A stretch of DNA of 64,000 nucleotides, taken from positions 26,685-90,684 of the forward strand of contig PUMT01000231.1 in assembly GCA_003551495.1 (NCBI GenBank), written 5' to 3'. The notes under the pieces are model-generated. The model was given only the letters and a program-made list of their open reading frames with translations. It was not told where the DNA came from and did no database searches. Of the stretch, positions 1-7,547 are shown in pieces. Within the stretch, counting starts at the first letter, position 1. Each line of letters begins with the position of its first letter. Position numbers and translations under genes: made by a program. Source of the stretch: Bacteroidota bacterium (GTDB lineage Bacteria > Bacteroidota > Bacteroidia > Bacteroidales > PUMT01).

Positions 1-1
1 T

Positions 2-124
2 TATGGCGACATATTATATAAATTAAAAAAAATAGATGAGGCTGTCAAAAAATGGAATAAAGCCATCGAATTTGGAGGGAATGAAGAAGAACTAAGAATA
101 AAAATTGAAAACGCAATTTTATGA
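2..124 (+). CDS. 3' end of a TPR-like protein gene, truncated by the window edge
   Basis: The frame is open from the window start and reads YGDILYKLKKIDEAVKKWNKAIEFGGNEEELRIKIENAIL, a TPR-like helical repeat. The TGA stop at 122-124 overlaps the next ATG (ATGA). Confidence 0.4.
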   Translation, partial: YGDILYKLKKIDEAVKKWNKAIEFGGNEEELRIKIENAIL

Positions 125-936
125 GCAAACTAAAAATAATACTTATACTCTTTTTTTTGATGTCGGCACTGTTAAATTCATGCAGGCCTTCGTTTTTGAT
201 AACTGAAGAGTATGAAAAAATAGATTATGATGAAATATATCTGCACTTTACAAAATTACACACTAAGATAGATACGTATTCTGTAAGGAGAGTCAGTCTC
301 AGATATACTGAGGGCAATCATACTCAGAATTTGAGAGGATCAATAAGAGGGAAAAAAGATAGTGTTATTATTATGAACGTGAATGTAATTGCTGGAATAG
401 AGGCGGCAAGAGTAAAATTTACCCCGGATAGTATTCATATTATCGATAGAATTAACAGGGAATTTTTCAGTGATTCGTATGAAAAAGCAGGTTCTGTATT
501 CCCGGTACAACTAAATTTTTTTGAATTACAATCAGTTTTACTTGGATCGCCCGTAAAGCTGCAGGCATTCTTAAAAGGAAAGGATAGTAAGGAAACAATA
601 AATTATTATCATACGGATGAGAATATTTTACTAAAGTACTATGAAATAGATAAACATAATAATTATAATGCAAATAAATACGAAATAAAACTTGTTTTAA
701 ACAGAGCTTTATTGCCTGAAAGTTTATCAATTATTGACATTGCAAATGCATGGGAATACAGTGTTAATTATAAAAATTATGAAAATATAAACGGTGAGGT
801 GCTACCACGGGAGTTTGATATAACTCAAAAAAGAGGAGACTATATTTCAGTTATGCAGTTTAATTTCTCCGGAATTGAAATAAACAGGGATTTAAATTTC
901 AGTTTCAGGATTCCATCAAATTATGAGGAAATGTAG
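121..936 (+). CDS. Lipoprotein, DUF4292-like (LolB-fold outer membrane lipoprotein family)
   Basis: 271 aa with a lipoprotein signal (MSKLKIILILFFLMSALLNSC). It lies between a TPR gene and an M23 peptidase gene, the arrangement I recall for DUF4292 genes in Bacteroidota. The family assignment is from memory, not from a search. Confidence 0.5.
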   Translation: MSKLKIILILFFLMSALLNSCRPSFLITEEYEKIDYDEIYLHFTKLHTKIDTYSVRRVSLRYTEGNHTQNLRGSIRGKKDSVIIMNVNVIAGIEAARVKFTPDSIHIIDRINREFFSDSYEKAGSVFPVQLNFFELQSVLLGSPVKLQAFLKGKDSKETINYYHTDENILLKYYEIDKHNNYNANKYEIKLVLNRALLPESLSIIDIANAWEYSVNYKNYENINGEVLPREFDITQKRGDYISVMQFNFSGIEINRDLNFSFRIPSNYEEM

Positions 937-2194
937 AAGGGTTAGTAATTTAAAAAAATTAAACACCGAAAGGGAAAAGGTTATGCATCATTTAAAGTTA
1001 ATTTTTAAAATGTTAAAATACATTTGTTGCATTTTTTTTCTCACAACATTTGTTTATTCTGGATTTTCTCAGACAAGAAGTGAACTGGAGAGAAAAAGAA
1101 GAGAAAATGAAAAGCAAATTGAATATACAAACCGTCTAATTTCCGAAACCCGCGAATCCAGAGAAACATCGCTGGAAAGACTCAATATTATAAATCAAAG
1201 GATCAAGTTGAGAAATGAGATGATAACATCTTTAAATCAAGAAATCTCAATTTTACAACAACAAATCAATGATCAAGTTGAGAATATCAAAAAACTTGAA
1301 ACAAAGATGGAAGAATCCCGACAGAATTATGCAAGAATGGTTAAAAGTGCCTATGCAAATAAAACTAACTACAATTTATTAATACACATTTTATCATCAC
1401 AAAATCTGAATCAGGCTTATAGAAGATTTATTTATATTCAACAGTACTCACGAGAAAGAAGAAATGAAATAGCCAATATTGAGAGACTTAAGAGTGAAAT
1501 ACAGGATAATTTAGATGAAAATATTAAGAAGAAAAATGAGCTCGATTTATTATCCCAGGAACAAAGAAAGGAAAAAATTTTGATGGAGAATGAATTAAGA
1601 TCAAGACAAAATGAATTGAGTGAACTAAAAAAGAGAGAGCAGGAGCTTAAGAATGAATTCAACAGAAGGAGAAAAATATCAAATGATTTATCAAACGAGA
1701 TAGAAAAACTAATAGCAGAAGAAAGAAAAAGATCAGAAGAAGCCGGATATACTGAAGTTTCAGAATATGAAAGTTTATCTGAAAACTTTAAAAACAATAA
1801 AGGTTCACTACCATGGCCTACTGAGAACGGAATTATCACAGGCCATTTCGGTGAACATCCACACCCTGTTTTAAGCGGGATTACAATTCAAAATAACGGA
1901 ATCGATATTTTAACAGACGAAAACGCTGAAGTTCGCTCAATATTCAATGGAGTTGTCAGAAGGGTTGTATCGATACCAGGTCAAAGTAACGCTGTTATTA
2001 TAAGACATGGTGATTTTTTAACCGTTTACTCCAATATGAATGAAGTTTTTGTAAAACCCGGGCAAAGAGTTGGGCAAAAAGAAATTATTGGCAGGGTTTA
2101 TACGGATAATATTGCCGGTGAAAATGCAGTATTACACCTGGAAATATGGGAAAAAGATTCAAAGCTTGATCCTGCACAATGGTTAATTCGTTGA
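923..2194 (+). CDS. M23 family peptidoglycan DD-metalloendopeptidase / EnvC-like murein hydrolase activator
   Basis: 423 aa with a long Glu/Lys/Arg-rich coiled coil followed by a C-terminal LytM/M23 domain (GIDI...VIIRHGDFLTVYSNM...LHLEIW). The true start may be the ATG at 983 (MHHLKLIFKMLKYICC, signal-like). Confidence 0.8.
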   Translation: MRKCRRVSNLKKLNTEREKVMHHLKLIFKMLKYICCIFFLTTFVYSGFSQTRSELERKRRENEKQIEYTNRLISETRESRETSLERLNIINQRIKLRNEMITSLNQEISILQQQINDQVENIKKLETKMEESRQNYARMVKSAYANKTNYNLLIHILSSQNLNQAYRRFIYIQQYSRERRNEIANIERLKSEIQDNLDENIKKKNELDLLSQEQRKEKILMENELRSRQNELSELKKREQELKNEFNRRRKISNDLSNEIEKLIAEERKRSEEAGYTEVSEYESLSENFKNNKGSLPWPTENGIITGHFGEHPHPVLSGITIQNNGIDILTDENAEVRSIFNGVVRRVVSIPGQSNAVIIRHGDFLTVYSNMNEVFVKPGQRVGQKEIIGRVYTDNIAGENAVLHLEIWEKDSKLDPAQWLIR

Positions 2195-2303
2195 TAACTA
2201 CCAGGAAGAGATTTTAAAAAAATAGTTCATACTTTTTGAAACTCTTTTTATCAATAAAAGTATAAGTAAACATTACAACATAAGATAGCAATCAATTATA
2301 CTT

Positions 2304-2699
2304 ATGGAAAAGAAGCTTTTGCTTGAATCAAAGATAGATAGTCTACATGATATAGAGAAGCTTATTGATGAAATTTCTGATAAACATGAATTCGCGGACG
2401 AATTATATGGAAATATTCTTATAGCTGCTCTGGAAGCGGTAAACAATGCAATAACTCATGGTAATAAATTTGATACCTCCAAAAAGATTGACTTCTCAAT
2501 CAAAATTGGGAATAAAAAGTTAATTATAATAACCCAGGATCAGGGTAAGGGGTTTGATTACAACAATATTCCAGACCCAACTGCACCCGAAAACATTGAA
2601 AATATTACAGGAAGAGGTATTTTTTTAATGAAAAAATTATCCGATGAATTACACTTCCATGAAGAAGGGCGTGTATCAGAACTAATATTCAATATTTAA
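2304..2699 (+). CDS. HATPase-type ATP-binding protein (RsbW/SpoIIAB-like anti-sigma regulatory kinase fold)
   Basis: 131 aa with an N-box (EAVNNAITHGN) and G-boxes (DQGKGFD, GRGIFLM). Confidence 0.65.
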   Translation: MEKKLLLESKIDSLHDIEKLIDEISDKHEFADELYGNILIAALEAVNNAITHGNKFDTSKKIDFSIKIGNKKLIIITQDQGKGFDYNNIPDPTAPENIENITGRGIFLMKKLSDELHFHEEGRVSELIFNI

Positions 2700-2703
2700 A
2701 TAA

Positions 2704-3129
2704 TTGGAAATATCTGTAATAATTCAGAATGTGCCGTTCAGGTACTACAGGAAACGTTTATTAAAGAGTTGGATAATTAGTACAATTAAAGAACTTAAAT
2801 TCGAAATAGGTTCTATTAATGTAATTATCACAAGCGACGAAGAACTTTTAATTTTCAATCAGAAATATCTCGGAAAAAATGAGTTTACTGATGTTATAGC
2901 TTTCGATTATACCGAAAGTGAAAGTATATCAGGAGATATATATGTAAGTATCGATAGAGTTCGGGATAATACACAAAAATATCAAACTACAATAATAGAT
3001 GAACTCGAAAGAGTCATTATTCACGGAGTACTTCATCTATGTGGATACAGTGATGATACAGATGTAGAAAAAGATAGAATGACAAAAATTGAAAATTATT
3101 TTATGTTAAAACGACCAGATTTGAAATGA
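2704..3129 (+). CDS. ybeY: rRNA maturation RNase YbeY
   Basis: 141 aa with the zinc motif HGVLHLCGYSD and typical YbeY length. The start codon appears to be TTG. Confidence 0.85.
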   Translation: MEISVIIQNVPFRYYRKRLLKSWIISTIKELKFEIGSINVIITSDEELLIFNQKYLGKNEFTDVIAFDYTESESISGDIYVSIDRVRDNTQKYQTTIIDELERVIIHGVLHLCGYSDDTDVEKDRMTKIENYFMLKRPDLK

Positions 3130-3159
3130 AAAAAAATAAATATAGTTTTACCAAAACAC

Positions 3160-3199
3160 AAGCTTGAATGTTTAAGAATAAAATTCAAGCTTTTTTTAT
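3160..3199 (+). terminator. Rho-independent terminator after ybeY
   Basis: A 10-bp stem (AAGCTTGAAT / ATTCAAGCTT) is followed by a T-run. Confidence 0.75.
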
Positions 3200-3271
3200 T
3201 ACAGGAAATATCGTATTTGCAGAATTCGTTATAATCGAATATTTATTCTAAATATTTATTTTATTATTGTT

Positions 3272-3467
3272 GAAAGCCACATCAGCCTTCGGCAAACAAA
3301 ATGAGATGTACAAACATGGGGGTTTGACCTTTGGTCGATTTCAAATGTAAACAAATGCTCTTTGAGTTTCTTAATCAGATTTGAAATGCATACGACAGGA
3401 AGAAATGAACTTAATTGACATACTATAATAGCTCATAGAATATTAGTTTAATTAACCTTGTTTGTAC
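3272..3467 (+). repeat. Intergenic repeat element, copy A (about 196 nt; candidate ncRNA or regulatory module)
   Basis: It aligns without gaps to 16071-16266, with roughly 20 substitutions by eye. The core at 3312-3387 is identical to 16111-16186. It contains a 9-bp inverted repeat (ATTTCAAAT...ATTTGAAAT) and a GACC-TTT-GGTC mini-hairpin. Confidence 0.8.
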
Positions 3468-3478
3468 TTATGAATCGT

Positions 3479-3531
3479 CCATGACGATATTTTCAATATC
3501 TTCACACAATTCAATGAAAATATTGTCATGG
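3479..3531 (+). promoter_or_regulatory. 17-bp-stem inverted repeat upstream of mnmG
   Basis: CCATGACGATATTTTCA (3479-3495) pairs with TGAAAATATTGTCATGG (3515-3531) with one G-U position and a 19-nt loop. There is no U-tract on either strand. Confidence 0.5.
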
Positions 3532-3584
3532 TAAGATACATAAGGCCAATTACTTAATAAAAATATTTTCTTATAAATACATTC

Positions 3585-5465
3585 ATGATATTAAATGGAA
3601 AATATGACGTAATCGTCGTAGGTGCCGGACACGCCGGCGCTGAAGCTGCTTGTGCAGCAGCCAAAATGTCATGCAAAGTTCTTCTTATAACTCCCGATTT
3701 GACCAAAATAGCTTTTATGAGTTGTAATCCTGCAGTAGGTGGCATAGCAAAGGGGCAGATAGTCAGAGAGATAGGTGCACTTGGCGGACAAATGGCTGAT
3801 ATCACGGATAAAACAATGATACAGTTCAGAATGCTGAACAAAAGTAAAGGACCTGCAATGTGGAGTCCAAGGGCTCAATGTGACAGAAGGTTGTTCACTT
3901 ATGAATGGAGGAAACGTGTTGAAGAATTTACAGAGATCGACTTAATACAGGATGCCGTTACTTCAATAATAATTGAAAATGAAAAATGCAAAGGAGTTAA
4001 TACCAGATCAGGTTTAAAATTTAAATCAGAATGTACTGTTTTAACGACTGGAACTTTTTTAAATGGGATTATACACATAGGCAATAAAAAGATAGAAGGC
4101 GGACGAATATCCGAAAATTCTTCAAAAGGAATAACCGAAACACTTCAAAAATACGGCTTTAAAACTTCAAGATTAAAAACAGGAACCTCACCAAGGGTTG
4201 ATGAACGTACAATTGATTATACAAAGCTAAAAATACAGGAAGGTGACGAAGAACCTGGTAAGTTTTCATTTGATAATGAAAATTGTAAAATTGAACAACA
4301 GGTACCATGTTATATAACCCACACAAATGAAAATGTTCACAATATCTTAAAAAAAGGGTTCAGTCAAAGTCCTCTTTTTACCGGAAGGATTAAAGGAAGA
4401 GGTCCCAGATACTGTCCCAGTATTGAGGATAAGTTAGTCACATTTCCCGAAAAGGATAGGCATCAATTATTTGTTGAACCTGAGGGGAAAGAAACATATG
4501 AGGTTTATATCAACGGGTATACAACATCTTTGCCTGTTGATGTACAAATAAACGGGTTAAGAAAAATTAAAGGGTTCGAAAATTTAAGGATCATTACACC
4601 CGGGTATGCCATAGAATATGATTTTTTCAATCCCACACAACTCAAACACTCTCTCGAAACTAAACTGATTGAAAATCTTTTTTTTGCCGGACAAATCAAC
4701 GGTACAACCGGTTATGAAGAAGCTGCGGCACAGGGTTTAATTGCTGGGATAAATGCAACACAGAAAATCAGAAAAAGAGAAGAATTCATTCTCTCGAGAG
4801 ACAAAGCATATATCGGGGTTTTAATTGACGATCTTGTAACAAAAGGTGTTGACGAACCTTATCGAATGTTTACTTCAAGATCAGAATTTAGAATTTTATT
4901 ACGGCAGGATAATGCTGATTCAAGATTGATGGAATATGGGTATAAATTAGAACTAGTAAGCCAAAACAGATACAATGAATTTCTGACAAAAAAAAATAAA
5001 ATCGATAATATTGTTAAATTTATCAAAAGTGAAAGTATTACTCCCAAAGAAGTTAACGAGCTCTTAATAAAGAAGAATACAACTGAAATTAAACAAAAGC
5101 AGAAAATTCAAGCCCTGCTTAAAAGACCTCAGATTAGTGTACATGACCTGATTAGTCAAATCAGTAGAATCAAATCAAAAATAGAAGAATTAAATGCGAA
5201 TAAGAAAAATCTGCTTGAAGAAGCAGAAATTTTAATCAAATACGAAGGATATATTGAAAGAGAGAAGAACATAGCAGAAAAAATTTCCAATCTAGAAGGA
5301 ATATTTATCAGAAATGATTTCGATTACGACGCTATTGACTCTATATCAACAGAAGCAAAACAAAAGTTAACAAGAATAAGACCCAAAACAATTGGCCATG
5401 CCAGAAGGATATCAGGTGTGTCCCCATCAGACATAAATATATTACTTGTACACCTTGGAAGATAG
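3585..5465 (+). CDS. mnmG: tRNA uridine-5-carboxymethylaminomethyl(34) synthesis enzyme MnmG (GidA)
   Basis: 626 aa with the N-terminal FAD motif YDVIVVGAGHAGAEAA, family-typical length, and the C-terminal GidA-associated region (ISGVSPSDINILLVHL). Confidence 0.95.
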   Translation: MILNGKYDVIVVGAGHAGAEAACAAAKMSCKVLLITPDLTKIAFMSCNPAVGGIAKGQIVREIGALGGQMADITDKTMIQFRMLNKSKGPAMWSPRAQCDRRLFTYEWRKRVEEFTEIDLIQDAVTSIIIENEKCKGVNTRSGLKFKSECTVLTTGTFLNGIIHIGNKKIEGGRISENSSKGITETLQKYGFKTSRLKTGTSPRVDERTIDYTKLKIQEGDEEPGKFSFDNENCKIEQQVPCYITHTNENVHNILKKGFSQSPLFTGRIKGRGPRYCPSIEDKLVTFPEKDRHQLFVEPEGKETYEVYINGYTTSLPVDVQINGLRKIKGFENLRIITPGYAIEYDFFNPTQLKHSLETKLIENLFFAGQINGTTGYEEAAAQGLIAGINATQKIRKREEFILSRDKAYIGVLIDDLVTKGVDEPYRMFTSRSEFRILLRQDNADSRLMEYGYKLELVSQNRYNEFLTKKNKIDNIVKFIKSESITPKEVNELLIKKNTTEIKQKQKIQALLKRPQISVHDLISQISRIKSKIEELNANKKNLLEEAEILIKYEGYIEREKNIAEKISNLEGIFIRNDFDYDAIDSISTEAKQKLTRIRPKTIGHARRISGVSPSDINILLVHLGR

Positions 5466-5482
5466 TGTTCCACGTGGAAACA
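5466..5482. promoter_or_regulatory. Palindromic motif TGTTCCACGTGGAAACA directly after the mnmG stop codon
   Basis: The 12-bp perfect palindrome core TTCCACGTGGAA lies at 5468-5479. The same core recurs at 5689-5700. Confidence 0.5.
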
Positions 5483-5676
5483 ATTAAGTTAATTTTCTAC
5501 ATTAACCAGTCATTTCTTAAATATTATTAAAACAGGATACCAAAGCATTATTGTTATAATATTTTCATAATTAAGAGTATGTTAAATTTATAATTTACGT
5601 AAGGGTTTGCATTTGCCTAAAAATATAGTTAATAACACATTTTATCAATATTATAGTTTAATTAAGCAAAACTAAT

Positions 5677-5712
5677 TAATTAATAATGTTCCACGTGGAA
5701 CATTATTAATTA
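5677..5712. promoter_or_regulatory. 36-bp perfect palindrome (candidate operator) upstream of the adenine deaminase gene
   Basis: TAATTAATAATGTTCCACGTGGAACATTATTAATTA was checked pair by pair and is a perfect palindrome. It ends 24 nt before the ATG at 5737. AAGGAGGTG at 5726-5734 is a strong SD-like site. Confidence 0.55.
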
Positions 5713-5736
5713 CACACACATAATTAAGGAGGTGTC

Positions 5737-7365
5737 ATGGAGGATTGTCAATTGGTAAGAGGCAATATCGTTGATGCTATCAACAAAAAGATATTCCCGG
5801 GCGAGATAGTGTTGAAAAATGGAAAGATTTCTGAAATCCGGCAGGTATCTGAAAAATTCAATGAATATATTATGCCCGGGTTTGTTGATTCACATGTCCA
5901 TATAGAAAGTTCTATGCTTGTTCCCTCCGAGTTTGCACGTCTTGCAGTAGTTCATGGTACCGTGGCTGCCGTATCTGATCCTCATGAGATTGCAAATGTT
6001 TTTGGTGTAGACGGGATTAATATTATGATTAAAAATGGCGCAAAGACGCCATTTAAATTTTTTTTTGGAGCTCCTTCATGTGTGCCAGCTACAAATTATG
6101 AAACTTCGGGAGGGGTGGTTGGTGTGAGAGAAATTGAAGAACTCATGAGCAGGGATGATATATGGTTGTTATCTGAAATGATGAATTATCCTGGAGTCAT
6201 TGCTGGCGAAGAGGAAGTTTTAAAAAAAATTCAGGCTGCTAAAAGGTATAATAAAAGAATCGATGGTCATGCTCCTGGTTTAAGAGGGGAGGATTTGAAA
6301 AAATATCTTTTTACGGGGATAACAACAGACCATGAATCCTCACATTTTGAAGAAGCTGAAGAAAAGATAAAAAATGGAATGTTGATTCAGATAAGAGAGG
6401 GAAGTGCAGCAAAAAACTTCGGGGAGTTATATCCTTTAATTAATAAATATCCCGGAAAAGTAATGCTTTGCACGGATGATTGCCATCCTGAAGATCTGTT
6501 AAATGGCCACATAAATTCTATAATATCCAAAGGTATTTCTAAAGGGATTGATTTGTTTGATATTTTGCAAGCAGCAACAGTTAATCCTGTTATGCACTAC
6601 AAACTTCCGGTTGGACTGTTAAGGACGGGGGATAATGGAGATTTAATAATTACAGATAACCTAAAAAGTTTCAAGCCAAAAGCTGTTTATATTAATGGCC
6701 GGAGAATATTTTCAAATAGCGAAGTATTATTTAAAAAAAGCAGTATTGATATATCCGGTAATTTCAGGACAGAACCAATTGATGCAGACGATATAAAAAT
6801 AAGGCCTGGAAAAGGAAAAATGAAAGTAATAGTTGCACAAGACAAGCAATTATATACTAAGGTATTGAAGGCTGAACCCAAAACAGAAAATGGGTATGTT
6901 GTTCAGGATCAGGAACAGGACATATCCAAAATAGTAGTAGTAAATAAATACCGGGATGCGAAATGTGCAATAGGTTTTGTTAGGGGGTTCGGAGTTAAAG
7001 ATGGGGCAATAGCAGGTAGTGTTGCTCATGACAGTCATAATATAATCGGACTGGGAACCAAAGATGAATATATAGTTAAAAGTATCAATGAAATATTAAA
7101 AAATGGAGGCGGAATAGCTGCAGTTTCCAAAAATAGAACAGAATTCATCCCACTGGAAGTAGGTGGATTAATGACAAACAGGGATGGTAAATAATTTGCA
7201 GGGTTATATCTTGAAATAGAAAGGTTTGTAAAAGAAATGGGATCACGGTTAACGTCACCATTTATGACTCTTTCATTTATGTCTTTGTTGGTAATTCCGG
7301 AGCTTAAAATTAGTGACAAGGGGTTGTTTGATGTTAAAAATTTCAGATTTACCCCGTTATTTTAG
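5737..7365 (+). pseudogene. ade: Adenine deaminase interrupted by an in-frame TAA at 7192-7194
   Basis: The 485-aa ORF (5737-7194) has the amidohydrolase metal motif (PGFVDSHVHIE). The same frame then continues [56 protein letters not shown] to a TAG at 7363-7365, which matches the conserved Ade C-terminus. The combined length of 542 codons is typical for the family. Confidence 0.75.
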
Positions 7366-7547
7366 GCTCACTTAAATAACCCGCGTCTTTTAGGTGCGAT
7401 AATGCCCGGCAGGGTTTTGCCAGAAAGACATATGCGTTTATAAATTCGTTGTGCGAAGCAATAACAGGGATTAAAGCCACCTATTTCAGTGGAGGATAGT
7501 CCGGTTTTAGCGAATTTTTTTTATACTCTAAGTAAGAGTTAACCATT

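Noticed and set aside
3306-3350. The 14-codon mini-ORF in the repeat element (also at 16105-16149) considered as a RiPP precursor for the neighbouring radical SAM enzymes.
   Set aside because: Copy A carries the same ORF next to ybeY and mnmG with no maturase nearby. The peptide has no Cys/Ser/Thr-rich core or leader-like region. The AGGAG in copy B abuts the ATG with no spacer. ORF retention can be explained by the absence of indels in the repeat.
7366-7547. A somewhat GC-richer 182-bp spacer between ade and uvrC with short hairpins (GGCA...TGCC) and an internal direct repeat (TGCGATAATG..CAGGG / TGCGAAGCAATAACAGGG), examined as a possible SRP, 6S or other small RNA.
   Set aside because: I could not find the SRP domain IV motif, a 6S-like closing helix between the ends, a terminator or any riboswitch core. 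The evidence is insufficient to call an RNA gene.
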